From Chrysomallon squamiferum (Eukaryota > Animalia > Mollusca), in the NCBI GenBank assembly GCA_012295275.1, contig CM022673.1:29202001-29266000 (forward strand): 64,000 nt of DNA, written 5' to 3'. Below are positions 41,077 to 54,704 of the stretch, piece by piece (position 1 is the stretch's first letter; every line of letters begins with the position of its first letter). Under the pieces are notes generated by a model. It had not been told where the DNA came from, made no database searches, and worked only from the letters and a program-made list of their open reading frames with translations. The translations under genes were made by a program, and so were the position numbers.

Positions 41077-41168
<92 letters not shown>
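41077..41168. repeat. (CT)n microsatellite
   Basis: Direct reading. Confidence 0.97.
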
Positions 41169-41171
<3 letters not shown>

Positions 41172-41479
41172 ATGTTGCTATAATTATGATAAGAAATTAC
41201 CATAAGCCATGCTGCAATGGCTTTTGCCTCTCCGGTGCTGTTATTATAAAATGACTAATATAGAAAATTAATACCAAATAGTCGCGCATTCACCTTCTCT
41301 CTCGGGGTGGCCACGTGATTCGAGTGCGGAGCCAGGCTTGTAATCGGTCGCCTAATCGATCCTTTTCATTGCGCATGCTGAGTTACTGTGGTATGTGCTT
41401 TCCTGTTTCCAGAGGCAAAACGCAGTATTGGCTTTCTCTGTCGTAATTAACGTTTCTCAAAAATAATACCACTAATAAC

Positions 41480-41977
41480 TAACAATAACAAAATACATTG
41501 TGATGATAATAATACAATATATTGTGATGCTAATAATAAAATACACTGAAATGATAGTTACTCATAATAATAAATTACATTGTAATGATAGTTACTCATA
41601 ATAACAAATTACATTGTAATGATAGTTACTCATAATAACAAAATACATTGTGATGACAATTACTGATAATGATAAAATATATTGTGATGATAGTTTCTGG
41701 CGGTAATAAAATATATTCAAATGACAATTACTGATAATAATAAAATACACTGAAATGATAGTTACTCATATTAATAAAATACACTGTGATAATAGTTAGT
41801 GATAATAATAGAATATACTGTGATGATTGTTACTGAAAATAATAAAATACAATGTGATGATAGTTATTCATAATAATAAAATACCCTGTGAATATTGTTA
41901 ATGATAATAATAAAATACATTGAACTGATAGTTACTGATTATGATAAAATACATTGTGATGATAGTTACAGATAATA

Positions 41978-41978
<1 letters not shown>
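41480..41978. repeat. Degenerate ~34-bp AT-rich minisatellite, ~14 copies, followed by (CT)n
   Basis: Consensus about AATAATAAAATACATTGTGATGATAGTTACT(C/G)AT. Confidence 0.9.
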
Positions 41979-42056
<78 letters not shown>

Positions 42057-42880
42057 GATGGTATATATATATATATATATATATTAATATGTTTGTAAAT
42101 TAAGGAACTTTGTATCTCGGCAATAATACCTTTTTTTATTTATTTCTGATATCCTAGTGGTTACAATTAATATAATACATTCGACATTTTGTTACTGAAA
42201 TGGTTTTCATTAGACACTAGTATTATGAGAAGCTATTAATAATTTGCTATGAGTGTCAGCGAACAAATGACAGGGAGAAAAAAACATCTATATATTTACG
42301 TGTTTCTGAAACCGCCGCTAGTCGACGCATTTAACAAGACTGATAAACTGAAATTGATTCCAGCCAGATGAAATTGACAAAACGGATAATTGCTAAGTCA
42401 AGCAGAAACCAGCTGGCGTTTACGTAATGATTTTTGTTTTGTTTTGTTTGTTTGTTTGTTTCTATTTGTTTGTTTGTTTTTTTTGGGGGGGTTTGTTTGT
42501 TTTTTGGTTTGTTGTTGTTGTTTTTTCTGAAAATATTGAATTTGACATCTTGCTCGCAAAATAGTAATAAGCAAATAAAAAAGGAAAAAATACACGTTAT
42601 TTTATTTTCAAAAATTAATATATATGTATATATTTATATATATATATATATTAAAAATATAAGCTAATGATAATAATCAATTATGATTTTCTTTCCCTCT
42701 TTCTCTCCCTCAAAAATGTATTATGTAGTAATACCAAATAGTAAGATTTACGTAAATTAATTTTACTTTTATTTCTATAATAATTTTGTTATTATTAGTA
42801 TTGCTGCTATTAGTAATTGTAGTACTAGTAGGAGTAATGGTAATAGATATAGTAGAAATGGTAGAAACAGTAGTAGTAGT

Positions 42881-42932
<52 letters not shown>

Positions 42933-44245
42933 CAGTAAAAGATGAAAAATAAATGCCAATAACAGTAATAATGCTCGTAATAGTATTAGTAGCAGTTGTT
43001 ATTGTTTGTTATTGAACAGTAGTAATAATAATAGATGGTGTTGTTGCTGTTGTAGTAACATGTCTAAAAGACGTGTTGTACCGCATTAAAAATGTATTTT
43101 AAGGTATTTTAAGAAATTTAGTTAATTAATAAAGATCAAATAGACACTGCTTTTAAAGAGTATTAGTTTTTGTCTGTTAAATTAGATTTTCTTTTTGTAT
43201 TTTTCATTGTTTATTTTATATTTTAAGTAATAGCCAATATCTAGAAATCCGTCCTAGCTTGATCGATAAATAATGCTTTGATACCTGTATTAGTAATAGA
43301 AGTAGTAGTTGTTGTTGTTGCTGCTGCTGTATTAGTAGTAGTAGTTGAAGTAGTAATAATAGAAAGTAGTAATAATAGAAAGTAGTAATAATAGAAAGTA
43401 GTAGAGAAGCAGATACTAATAATTTCGGAATCGTGATTTCAGGAACGATCGAATCCTACTTTTTAAATATTTCACTTAAAAGAAATGAAAATAATAATTT
43501 AAAGATAAAGATGAAAATTTGCAGATTCGAGGCAGGTGCAGCTTTGTCATCTTATGAATTTTAAAAACATATTTATTATTAACTTCTTTTTTTAGATTAC
43601 ATCGTTTTCACGAGTTCATTTCGAAAGCAAATGTGTTCTTACACTGAATGACAAATAGAAAACTACATTCACTGACAACAATTTCAATCTCCATATTCTA
43701 AATAACATAATGCGCAGGAAATCACTTTTTTTATTTACTTTAATTTTTGACTAGATTTCATTTCGTGTAAAAAAAATTATTTAAAAAATATATGGAAAAG
43801 GACATTACATTATCTTTTCTTTTCTGAAATTTGTTTTCCTTTTCGTTTAAATTTTCAGTGACGTGACGTTGCATGAACGAATCAAACACTTTCATTTAAC
43901 AATCAGGTTCAGCAGATTTACTCGAGTTGGAATTCGAATCAAACACAGACGTGGTTTTTCCTCGACACCGTTTTTCTTGTCATAATATTTACGAGTTCTG
44001 AAATAAGGTTCTCCGATTTGAGATATTTTATTTTATTTTTTTTAATTTTTTGTTTTATTGCCGACGTGGGTTAGCGCACGTGGGTTAGCGCACGTGACTG
44101 CATGTTTCTGTTTCATGTTCCACCTCATTTAGCCGGGTGTAAAATGTAAGCGTGTTTAAAAAGTTGTTGGTGCTATTTCAAGTCTAATGAAGAAAGTCTG
44201 TTGAGCGGGTAACAGTTAGGAAAATGTCTCATTCTTCCTGGAGAC

Positions 44246-44395
<150 letters not shown>

Positions 44396-45022
44396 TACTT
44401 CATTACGGTACATATTTTAGGACAAACAAAATCTTTATTTGTTTTCCCAATCTCTGTCCTTTGGTCTCATAATTCAGTACTTTACTACATAAAAATAAAA
44501 AATAAAAAAAATTCAAATTAGAGATTTCCAAAAAGAGATTAACTTTATAAACAGTTGATAACATAACTGACAAAGCTGCTTACAGCGTGCTGATGAACTG
44601 TTTGTTACAACTGTCGACTTAGCTTTGCGTGGTGGTTTGGAAACCACTCTCTGCTTCAGTTGACAAAATATTGATGAAATGTGCGTTCATTCTGAAGAGG
44701 ACAGTTGTCGCTGTCAGGCACTAATGCAACAGATGCACGTGTGTGATTTTTCATTAAATCTGCACAACACAATGCGACGAAGGCTGAATCTCAGCTAATC
44801 TGTGTGTTTCTCATTAACTTCATTAACGAGGTGTTACTGAATCACAAAGGCTGGGGGCTCTCACTCGACCGGGATTAGCTCTTAATGCCGTGCTTAGTCT
44901 ATTTCCCATTCTAGCTAGTACTCCGTCACTGGTTTATTTTCGTAGTTAAGATTTGTGTGTGTGTGTGTGTGTCTGTGTGTGTGTTTGTTTGTGTTGTGTG
45001 TGCCTCTGTGTGTGTGTGTGTT

Positions 45023-45055
<33 letters not shown>

Positions 45056-45734
45056 CTTTCATCATTATCTGTGATATACGACTCCATGTTACCGTGGCAG
45101 AGTGTGAAGTAAAGTTAACATTTCCTTCTTCGTTAGTTCACAATTGAGAGAAAATCAAATATTTTTTTTAACGAAATTCTTGTAAAAATCTACAGAGTGG
45201 TTCGTTTAATAAAATATTTTATTCAGTTTATTCACTATATTATTATACTAACGAGTGTTATAATTTTTTATTACTTTCATTGTCATAAATAATTAATAAC
45301 AATTTCAAGTATATTGAGCTATGATGCATAAAAAATTATCTAAAGCATTAAAAAAAATATTTGATAAAAAAAAAAGTTATTTCAGTGTATAAGATTTTTG
45401 ATGTTTTCAAAAAACTCTTGTAGTTTTAATAGTAATTCTATAGTTTAGGCTTGAAGCAGAATTCTTGGATTCAGTCAAAGCCAAAGGCATTTTATTTTTT
45501 TTTTTTTTTATTTCTAGCTTTATAAAATATAACAAACGCAGAACTGGAGAATACGTCTAACAACAACCAAAAAACAACGAAACTGAAAGATGGTGACACA
45601 GTGGTGATCAGTTACGTAACACATTTAGTCTTCTGAAACAGAAATTTATAAAACAACAAAATCTGTCCTTGAATATTAAACGAAATCATGCGAATACATA
45701 TCCCTAAAAAAGTTGTGTTTGTGTCAACATCGCC

Positions 45735-45748
45735 GTTGTCATGGCAAC
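45735..45748. promoter_or_regulatory. RFX X-box-like motif GTTGTCATGGCAAC
   Basis: One mismatch from the palindrome GTTGCCATGGCAAC, extended by flanking CC/GG. A second GTTGCCATGG lies at 45909. Confidence 0.45.
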
Positions 45749-45800
45749 GGATTTTAGCCTCACGTTAGACAATCAAGCATGACTGTGCATATAAAAAGAA

Positions 45801-45832
<32 letters not shown>

Positions 45833-46744
45833 TAATAAAACAGAATCAAATTATTTCTCTTTCATCATCATGTAATACAAATATAATTATATTTGTTTCA
45901 CCGGTACAGTTGCCATGGTTGCCTAACGGTGTCTAATGTCTAATTAGTGAGTCGGAACGTGTATCATGACTGGAACGCATTCGACGCGATAAACACGGAC
46001 TATTTTTGCAAACCTTGTTCTAATATTTCCTGCACGCTGAGCAACACGTTACAAATGTTTACCAAGACATTTTCATTAAGCTTATGCACATATTTTCTTG
46101 TAATGAGTGAACTAGTTGCATACTGTGCATCAGAATCGATTAGTCAATCTTTATCCTAATCTTTCTCCATGGCTACCTTTTAACTATCGATTACAAATTT
46201 GTAATATTTGTATTAGCGACGTTTTCAGTGTAGATTTATTTTCACGCTCGGCTACTTTTAGTCCCCAAGAGCAATGACCTCTTTGTCCTAGTCAAACAGA
46301 GAACAAAGAAACATGTCGTAACTTTTATTTAAATTTTTAATTTTTTTTTTTTTAAATTCAAATGAACTTTAATATTCCAAATTTAGTAATAAAGTTTTAA
46401 ATATCTGACTGCATCGTTACTGCAACGATCTGCGACCGTCATAATTACACGTCTGTAAAAAGAGAGAAAGGGAGATTGTAACATCAATGTAAGCAGCCTC
46501 GTATTGATCTGATAACCATCACCGGCAGGTGTCAGCACATTGAAATAAGTGAGGTGTTGTTGTTTTTTGGGTGGGTGGGTGGTTGTGACAGTATGGATTT
46601 TATTAATGCAGTAACACTAGATCGATAAATTTTTTTCATTTAATTGTGTGTTTTATTTTTTAAATTTAACTTATCAGCGTTCAAGAGTATGTGAGACCTG
46701 TAACGTGTATCACAACGATCCATTACTATTTAACAAACACGACA

Positions 46745-46977
<233 letters not shown>

Positions 46978-47081
46978 TATATTAACAAAGACACGAATTA
47001 AAGTCATGTGTTTGTTTTAAGCATATCGAGTTATGTTACCATACAAAACACTGTAATTTGTTTATCACACAAACTTCAGAT

Positions 47082-47150
47082 GCCGCTGACGAGATTCGAA
47101 CTTACGATATCCATTGGCCAGCAGGCGGACGACGTTACGGTTAGGCCATG
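47082..47150 (-). mobile_element. tRNA-derived SINE head or tRNA pseudogene
   Basis: Minus strand CATGGCCTAACCGTAACGTCGTCCGCCTGCTGGCCAATGGATATCGTAAGTTCGAATCTCGTCAGCGGC has box A (TGGCCTAACCG) and box B (GTTCGAATC), but no convincing acceptor or anticodon stems. Confidence 0.55.
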
Positions 47151-48619
47151 AAGACAACCTTTGAAAAGAAGATTGTTCTATAACCGAGGGCAATCATCAC
47201 GCACCGTCATTTGTCTTTCGTCATTTTTCCGTGCGTGCGTCTACTTTGTGTGTGAAACCTGGCACTGGCAAGTATGTAGTCTAGAATTTGAATATTCTCT
47301 GTCTCATGTACGTCTGATTAGACTCTGCACATAGACAATATTCGGGAACGCACTGGCGCAGGAGGACAAAGTCCAATCATGTCTTTCTGTATGTATGTAT
47401 ATGTATAAATCCAGCGTATAAGCATATGTATGTATGTGTGTGTATTCAGTAGCATAAAGAAAATTATATGATTATAAAATATATATATATATATTTTTTT
47501 TTAAATCTTTTCTTTGATGGTGCAATACAGTCGCGTATTTGCTCATATTACAAGTAATTTAAATTTATTGAACTTCTTTTCAGTTCATTCAGCTCACATC
47601 TGCCCTTTCCGCATTATACGACATTTTCGTTCATCCGACCATCTGTCGGTCTAAATTATACTCGGATAATCGGAATTCTGCAATCCTCGGTGACTGTTTA
47701 GTCAATGTTTGACAACCAATAAACAGCTACCGTCATCTGGATAATAACTCAGATTTATTACGACAGATAAAAGTTGTGAGTACTCGACGTACTACATAAG
47801 TTAATATAATCCTGCCTAAGTACAATAATGATACAATATCATAACGTGGTTACCTTTAGTTCATTCAAAATGAGTGGCAACAGTCACTCTTTGATCACAA
47901 CAACGACGTCATATCCACGTATCAGCTGTCGTCCCTGGCTTTGAGAACGACAACAACGATTGTCGTTGTATGTGAATATAGCTAAATATTATAAACAACT
48001 ACGAAATTAATTAGTACCATCTGCTACCAACCGTGCAATTTATCAGTGCTGAATATGTCAATAAAAACCGATTTATTCGTTACACGCACGTACGCTTTAC
48101 TAATTTGAACGTCAAATTTCTATTTAATTGGGTGTTTATATCCTGCTAATCGAGTTGAGGAACCCAGCAGGAAATATTAAAAATTTCATAAACTTTTAAT
48201 ACTAAACTAAACATGTTTATCAGATCGTTGTTTGATACTGTTCGTTCTTTGATGAGAATTTTAACAACACGGTTTCCGAAAACGCTACTCAAAATTAACT
48301 GGTAAAAAACGTAGAAGAAGAAGATGACGAAGATGAAGATGAAGATGAAGATGATGAAAGCCATCGTCTATCAGTGTATTAAGATGAAAGGAAACCAGGT
48401 GGTAAAATGTACCTATAATTTACCTTGAATCTTGCTAAAAAAAATCCTTTTATCAGCAATAAAACAAACAAGCCAGCTAATTGGTGAGCGATTTAATGAC
48501 TATGTCGAGAAATTATGGCGTCGAAGTAAATAAAATTTCAATTCAATTATATTCAGATAGATTCTGAAAATAATTGCATTATTCTCAAAGAAAGAGGCTT
48601 TCTTCAATATGAATAGAAG

Positions 48620-49042
48620 TAGCGTCAATAGCAGTAGTACGAATAGCAGTAGTGAATAGTAGAAGCATGAATAGCAGTAGTAGTATGAATAGTAGAAGTA
48701 TGAATAACAGTATATAAAATAGAAATAGTATGAATAGTAGTAACATGAATAATAGAGGTATGAATAATAGAAGTATGAATAATAGTAGTATGAACAGCAT
48801 TAGTATGAATAGCAGTAGTGTGAATAGCAGAAGTATGAATAGCAGTAGTGTGAATAGCAGAAGTATGAATACTAGTAGTATAAATAGAAGTAGTATAAAT
48901 AGTAGTAGCATGAATAGTAGTCATATGAATATTAGTATTATGAATAGTAGAGGTATGAATAGCAGTAGTATGAACAGTAGTAGTGTGAATAGTAGTAGCA
49001 TGAATAGCAGTAGTATGAATAGTAGAAGTATGAATAGTAGTA
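48620..49042. repeat. Degenerate 15-bp minisatellite (TATGAATAGCAGTAG), over 25 copies, within a larger (AGT)-rich tract running to ~49660
   Basis: TGAATAG recurs every 15 bp; explains the MNSSS, LLFIL and TTAIH ORFs. Confidence 0.92.
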
Positions 49043-50826
49043 GACATCATAGCAGTAGTCTTAGGACTACTAGGAGCAGTAATTAGTTGTAGAAGTAATA
49101 ATAAGAGAGTAAGTGGGTAGTAATAACAATAGCAGGATTTGTAGTAGTTATAGTGGTAGCAGTAGTTGTAGTAGTGGTAGTAGTAGCAGCAGTAGTAGTA
49201 GTAATAATAGTAGTAGTAGTAATAGTAGTAGTCAAAATAGTGGAAGTTAGAGTTGTAAAAGTAAAACACTAGTAGTGGTAGTAGTACAAGTGGACAGCGG
49301 TAATAGCAACATTAGTGGTAGAAGCAGTGCAGATAGTAATAGTTACAGTAATAATAATAGCAGTAACAGTAAAAGTAGTGATAGTAACTAGTATTGATAG
49401 CAGTATTAATAGCTGTATTAGTAGTACTAATACTGTACAGTAGTATTAATAGCAGCAGTTATAGTAATAGTAATAATAGTAGTAGTAGTATTAGCAGTAA
49501 CTGTAGTAGTTGTAGTAGTAGCATTAGAAGCGGCAGTAGTGGTGGCAGTAATGGTGGCAGGTTTAATAGTAGCAATACTAGTAGTGACAGTTGAAATTAG
49601 TAGTAATATTAGCAGTAATAGTAAAACTGAACTAATAGTAGTAATAGTATTAGTAATGGCAGCAGCAGAAATATTTGATGAAAGTATTTAATTAACGGTA
49701 ATCCCATCAAAATCATTTCTTCTTCCGAATTGCCGTTATAGTTACACACCCACTAATGTAATATATTTGATATTTACATGCTATGAAATTAACATTTTAA
49801 AAATTAATGACCAGATCTAAACTTCGTAGAAAACACAAAAGCTTTTAAGATAAAATGGTAGCGTACAATGCGTGTGGTCTTCAGGACAACTGGAACACAT
49901 TAATTACTAATCGGCGACTGATGGATATGGAACCAGTTGCCGCCATGTTGGTTACTGTTAGCAACAAGAACTTTTTTTTTCTATGCATATAGAACAGAAC
50001 ATGCACTAGTTACTTACTGATCGTTGTCTGGAACAAGTGACAAAGCTAAATGACGTCGAGAATCGATCCTTAGATCACTGGAACCGCAGTCTGTCGCTCT
50101 TCCAATGAGCAACGTTTCCAGTCCTTTCTGCTACAACATCACCATTCAAAGTATGCATTCAGTAACTGATTATCTGATACATATACACGTATTACTGCTT
50201 TACACCAATAATGTGTCTAGCTTAGTTCACTTTCTGCTATGAAATATTTCCATATAAAATCTGATTTAGAGAGAACTTAAAAATAATTCACCTTTATTAG
50301 CAGGTGGTCGTGGTTGTCTCCCATTTGTTACACAGTCACCTTAGGCACTAATTAAACAAACCCCTAAAATATTACTGAACAGTCAACGATTTCCAAATAG
50401 TTTTTCGTTTAATTCAGTTACTAAATACAATAACAATTTAAAATAATTAATTAATTAATTGGTAAGTATGTGCTTATAATCATTTGTATATGTTGTATAT
50501 ACTTTGTAAATATACTTTGTCTATGTACTTTGGTTTTATATAAGATTCGGTTGTAATAAAGTGTTACAACAGTTCTAGGATGTCACTGGGTATTATTTAC
50601 TTGTCTGAAAACATTTATATACTGATATTCCCTAGTGCTGCATGTATCGTTCTTATGTGCTAAATGCGATGTAATAATTCATAATATTACTCATTTGTTA
50701 TACGAATGAATTTATAATAAATTAACGAGAATATGTAGTTCTGTTCTTGTTTCTTCTTTGTTAGGTGCAGTTTGTTAATTGTTCCCCAAGTTCACTGTGC
50801 GACAACTGGGAATGTGAATCCATTAC

Positions 50827-50892
50827 TGTATACCAGGTAGAATGTATACCAGGTAGAATGTATACCAGGTAGAATGTATACCAGGTAGAATG
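50827..50892. repeat. 16-bp tandem repeat, 4 copies (TGTATACCAGGTAGAA)
   Basis: Four perfect copies. Confidence 0.95.
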
Positions 50893-51729
50893 CATATGAT
50901 TAGCAGTTCACTCAGCCGTGTCCTGTGCTATAACGTGTGTGACAAATGGAGTGTGAAATAGATGCAACGACTTTCTTGGTTGTTATATACAGAATAAAAC
51001 AGATGCTTGTAATGTAGCTTGTGAAATACTCACTAACATGAAATTACCAGTTTATATCAGGGTATCACACCAAAAGGTAAAAAAGTCAGTATAAAAAAAT
51101 ATATTTGGGGCCGAGTATTTGCGACATTTGTGGTTCAGACGTTGGTGACATTTGTCGTCGATCGTGTGACATTTGTCAACTGTTAGGATATTTGTGACAG
51201 TAACATGGCGACAATTGTCAGTTTTGCGACATTTGTAAGTGTACTAAGTACATATATTCATTAATTCCAATACACGCATACATATATACCTACATACTTA
51301 AATACATACATATATACATTTATTTATTTACTTATTTATTTATTTATTTATTTTAAATACCACTGAACATCAACAGAATAAATCAAAAGATTTTTTTTAA
51401 CAAAGTAAATAAATGTTTATATCTCGAAGGACAAAGACCAAATCTTTAAAATTACCATTGGAAGAGAAGTTAATTTTGGTTGTTGTTCTTAAAATAATAA
51501 CTGTCGATAATATAACAAGAGATAAATAGAGATATAAAAGTGTTATCTATGAGACCTGAATGTTCTTTGTGAAAAAGTAATGGATTTTCCATATTCTTCT
51601 TTACAAGAAAACATATATCACAGCTTTTGGAAACCGATGGCGGGATCGAGAAATAATCATCAGCAGTGAATACTGTCAAATGAATTTCTTTTATTATTAT
51701 TATTATTATTATTACTTGCCATTATTATT

Positions 51730-52147
<418 letters not shown>

Positions 52148-52439
52148 ATAAATTTGTGTTTCATTATTATTATTGTTTCCTCGGTGAGGTCTCTGAAAGA
52201 GGTTAGTTTCTTTACGCCAAAAAGAAAACAGTTATCAAAAAAAAAAAAGTATACAGTGTGTGAGTACTCTCTTCTCAGCAATGTTGTTATGTCAGTTTGT
52301 TGACAAATTACTAGCCAGTTTAGCCATACACACTGTTACATTAATTTCATATCAGTAAGAGGACTTGAACTCTGTTCGCCCAGGCATGATACCCAAGTCA
52401 CAGAGATAAAAGACACAGATTATATAGCACTAATAATCA

Positions 52440-52770
52440 ACGAAATCACGATACAGTCGACGAGAATAGGTCGATACACCGCCATGTTGCTTCGTTTCCT
52501 CTGACATGCGCACTCTAACGTCCCAACAACACGCAACGCAGACGGCAACTCAATATCCGATATCGCTCCACGGAAGATTCAAACACAGCAGACCGTGTGC
52601 TGGCGAAGATTAGCATGGAACTGAGCGGAATCGTCACATTGTGCCGTTCGATACAACTTCTCAGTCGAGCTTTTGTTCCTGCGCAAATGACTGCGAACAA
52701 AAATTTGCAATAAAAGTTTTTCCTGCTGCTGACAGTAATGTTCCGGAAAGCGATCGTCTTTGATGAAACA
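52440..52770. promoter_or_regulatory. CpG-rich block, candidate promoter or enhancer
   Basis: Locally high CpG density, YY1-like CGCCATGTT (~52480), NRF1-like CATGCGCA (~52506) and a downstream donor-like AAG|GTAAGA at 53041/53042. Confidence 0.3.
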
Positions 52771-53319
52771 AAATATTGTTGAATATATATATCTCATAAT
52801 TACTTTTTTGTTTTGTTGAAGGATTGCGCTGCGGAAGAGCAACAAAAGACAATTAGACAGCAGAAAGAAAGATCCGTGAGAAGTTTTACGTAACGTGGAT
52901 AAAGGGACGTCATTCTTGGATCGTAACAGTTTTAAAAAAAAAATGTTTAATGGCGATGGCGTTGTTAAATATGTTTCCAAATTTCATCAAAGGATAACAC
53001 TGTGTTTTACGCTTGGATGTTTTGTAACATAGTCGCTCAAGGTAAGAAAAATTATCGCTGCAATGTCTTGTTTCATTTATTATTCAGTACAGCACTATCT
53101 TACGTTGTAAAGCCATTAAAGAGAAATCTAAATTATGTAATAGGTCATAATACTTGCTGACATTTGTGTGTTGTGTATTGATAACTGTAGGTGTATGTAA
53201 TCTAGACAGTAAAGATTTCAAAAGCAAAAACGAAGTAAGTAACATACCCAGAAGATATGCGTATTTATTAGGTTATAAAGATATTTTAGTGTACAACTAA
53301 ATTTACAAAACTATACCCA

Positions 53320-53490
53320 TTACGTTTTCTCCCGTTCCAGCCACAACCGTAAGACTGTTTGTAAAAGCTTTGGTGTTTGTTTTTCACACTCTGGAATTTG
53401 GAATCAATTGTTTTTAATGGGCGTAAGTCTCACTATCCTATTGTGGCACATTTCCTATTCTCTGATGAGGCAGTTAAAATAAAACAGACT
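53320..53490 (+). mobile_element. Decayed Deu/Nin-like SINE fragment
   Basis: ttttctcccgttccagcca is the reverse complement of the tggaacg(a/g) motif at ~21553 and ~57173; ends in a gcagttaaaataaaac tail. Confidence 0.4.
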
Positions 53491-53931
53491 AACTTTGAAA
53501 ACAGAGTTATAAATGAATCGTTAATTCAGTCCCAGAGCTTTACCGACGATTAGGAACAAAGGAAATCTTTGTATCGCGTCCAATTGTTGTGATAAAAACA
53601 ACATCATCAAACCTTTTTTAATCTAAATAGTGTTATTTGCAGGCACGTGCACGATGTGAAGTCTATCAAACGAGAATAAAATTAATAACAACGACCTTTA
53701 GCATATAGAGTTTGCCATATGAAAGCACATGCCACTGTCTTTGATAACCAGAGTATTTGTTGGAACGGGAAAGACAGCTTGGACACAGTTTACACTAGCG
53801 CACGTACTAATGATGTGTATGGTTGTTTGTATGTTTGTGTTGTACTGTGTATGAGAGTGTGTATTTAAACTGCATCCCTATTCCCGTTTGTTTTGTTTAG
53901 ATTTTTTTTTATTTTACAATATTTTATATTT

Positions 53932-54012
53932 GTATGTATGTATGTATGTATGTATGTATGTATGTATGTATGTATGTATGTATGTATGTATGTATGTATG
54001 TATGTATGTATG
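53932..54012. repeat. (TATG)n microsatellite
   Basis: Direct reading. Confidence 0.97.
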
Positions 54013-54359
54013 CTGCAGCTTCTCGTATGAAATATAAATGTATGTTTTTTTGTTGTGTATAAAGGAAACTGAAGTCAGAGACTCGATTTATTGTTAAGAT
54101 GACATTTCGAGCTGGAGTATCTCATACATAATTTATATTTTATTTTACAAGACGAATGTTTGATTTGATTTCACTGAATCTGTCTTCCTCTTTACGTATC
54201 AACATAATGTCTTGTTAAAAAGGAAGGAAATTTTTTTTAAAATATTGATTGTTTTTTTTTTTAAATTCATTTATCTTTATTATTTTTCTACCTTTTTCTT
54301 CTTTTCAATATCGACATTAATACAGTCTTTTGTTGTGGTTGTGTATCGTTTCGTTGTTT

Positions 54360-54398
<39 letters not shown>

Positions 54399-54659
54399 CT
54401 TTTTCTCCTTTTTTATTTTTTATTTTATTTGTTTATTTGTTTTTTGTGGGGGGGGTAATGACATATGTTCAAAAGGAAAAAGAAAAATTAGTAAAATTAT
54501 AGATTACTATTTTTCTTGGGATTTTCTTCTACGTAGTTTTTCCTTTCCTACTTGCTTTTGATAAAAAATATATTTCTTGCTCTTTCCCAGTATAATATAT
54601 CAAAAAACAAAAAGAGAAAAGACAGAAAATTTATTATAAATTCTATTATAAATTCTATT

Positions 54660-54704
<45 letters not shown>

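Noticed and set aside
47082-47150. Functional tRNA gene
   Set aside because: A and B boxes are present but I cannot build a cloverleaf; kept as a SINE head or pseudogene.
53455-53510. CTGATGAG...GAAA hammerhead candidate
   Set aside because: Stem II does not close properly next to the core, stems I and III are unconvincing, and the segment is better explained as a SINE tail (similar gaggcagttaaaa at ~56685).
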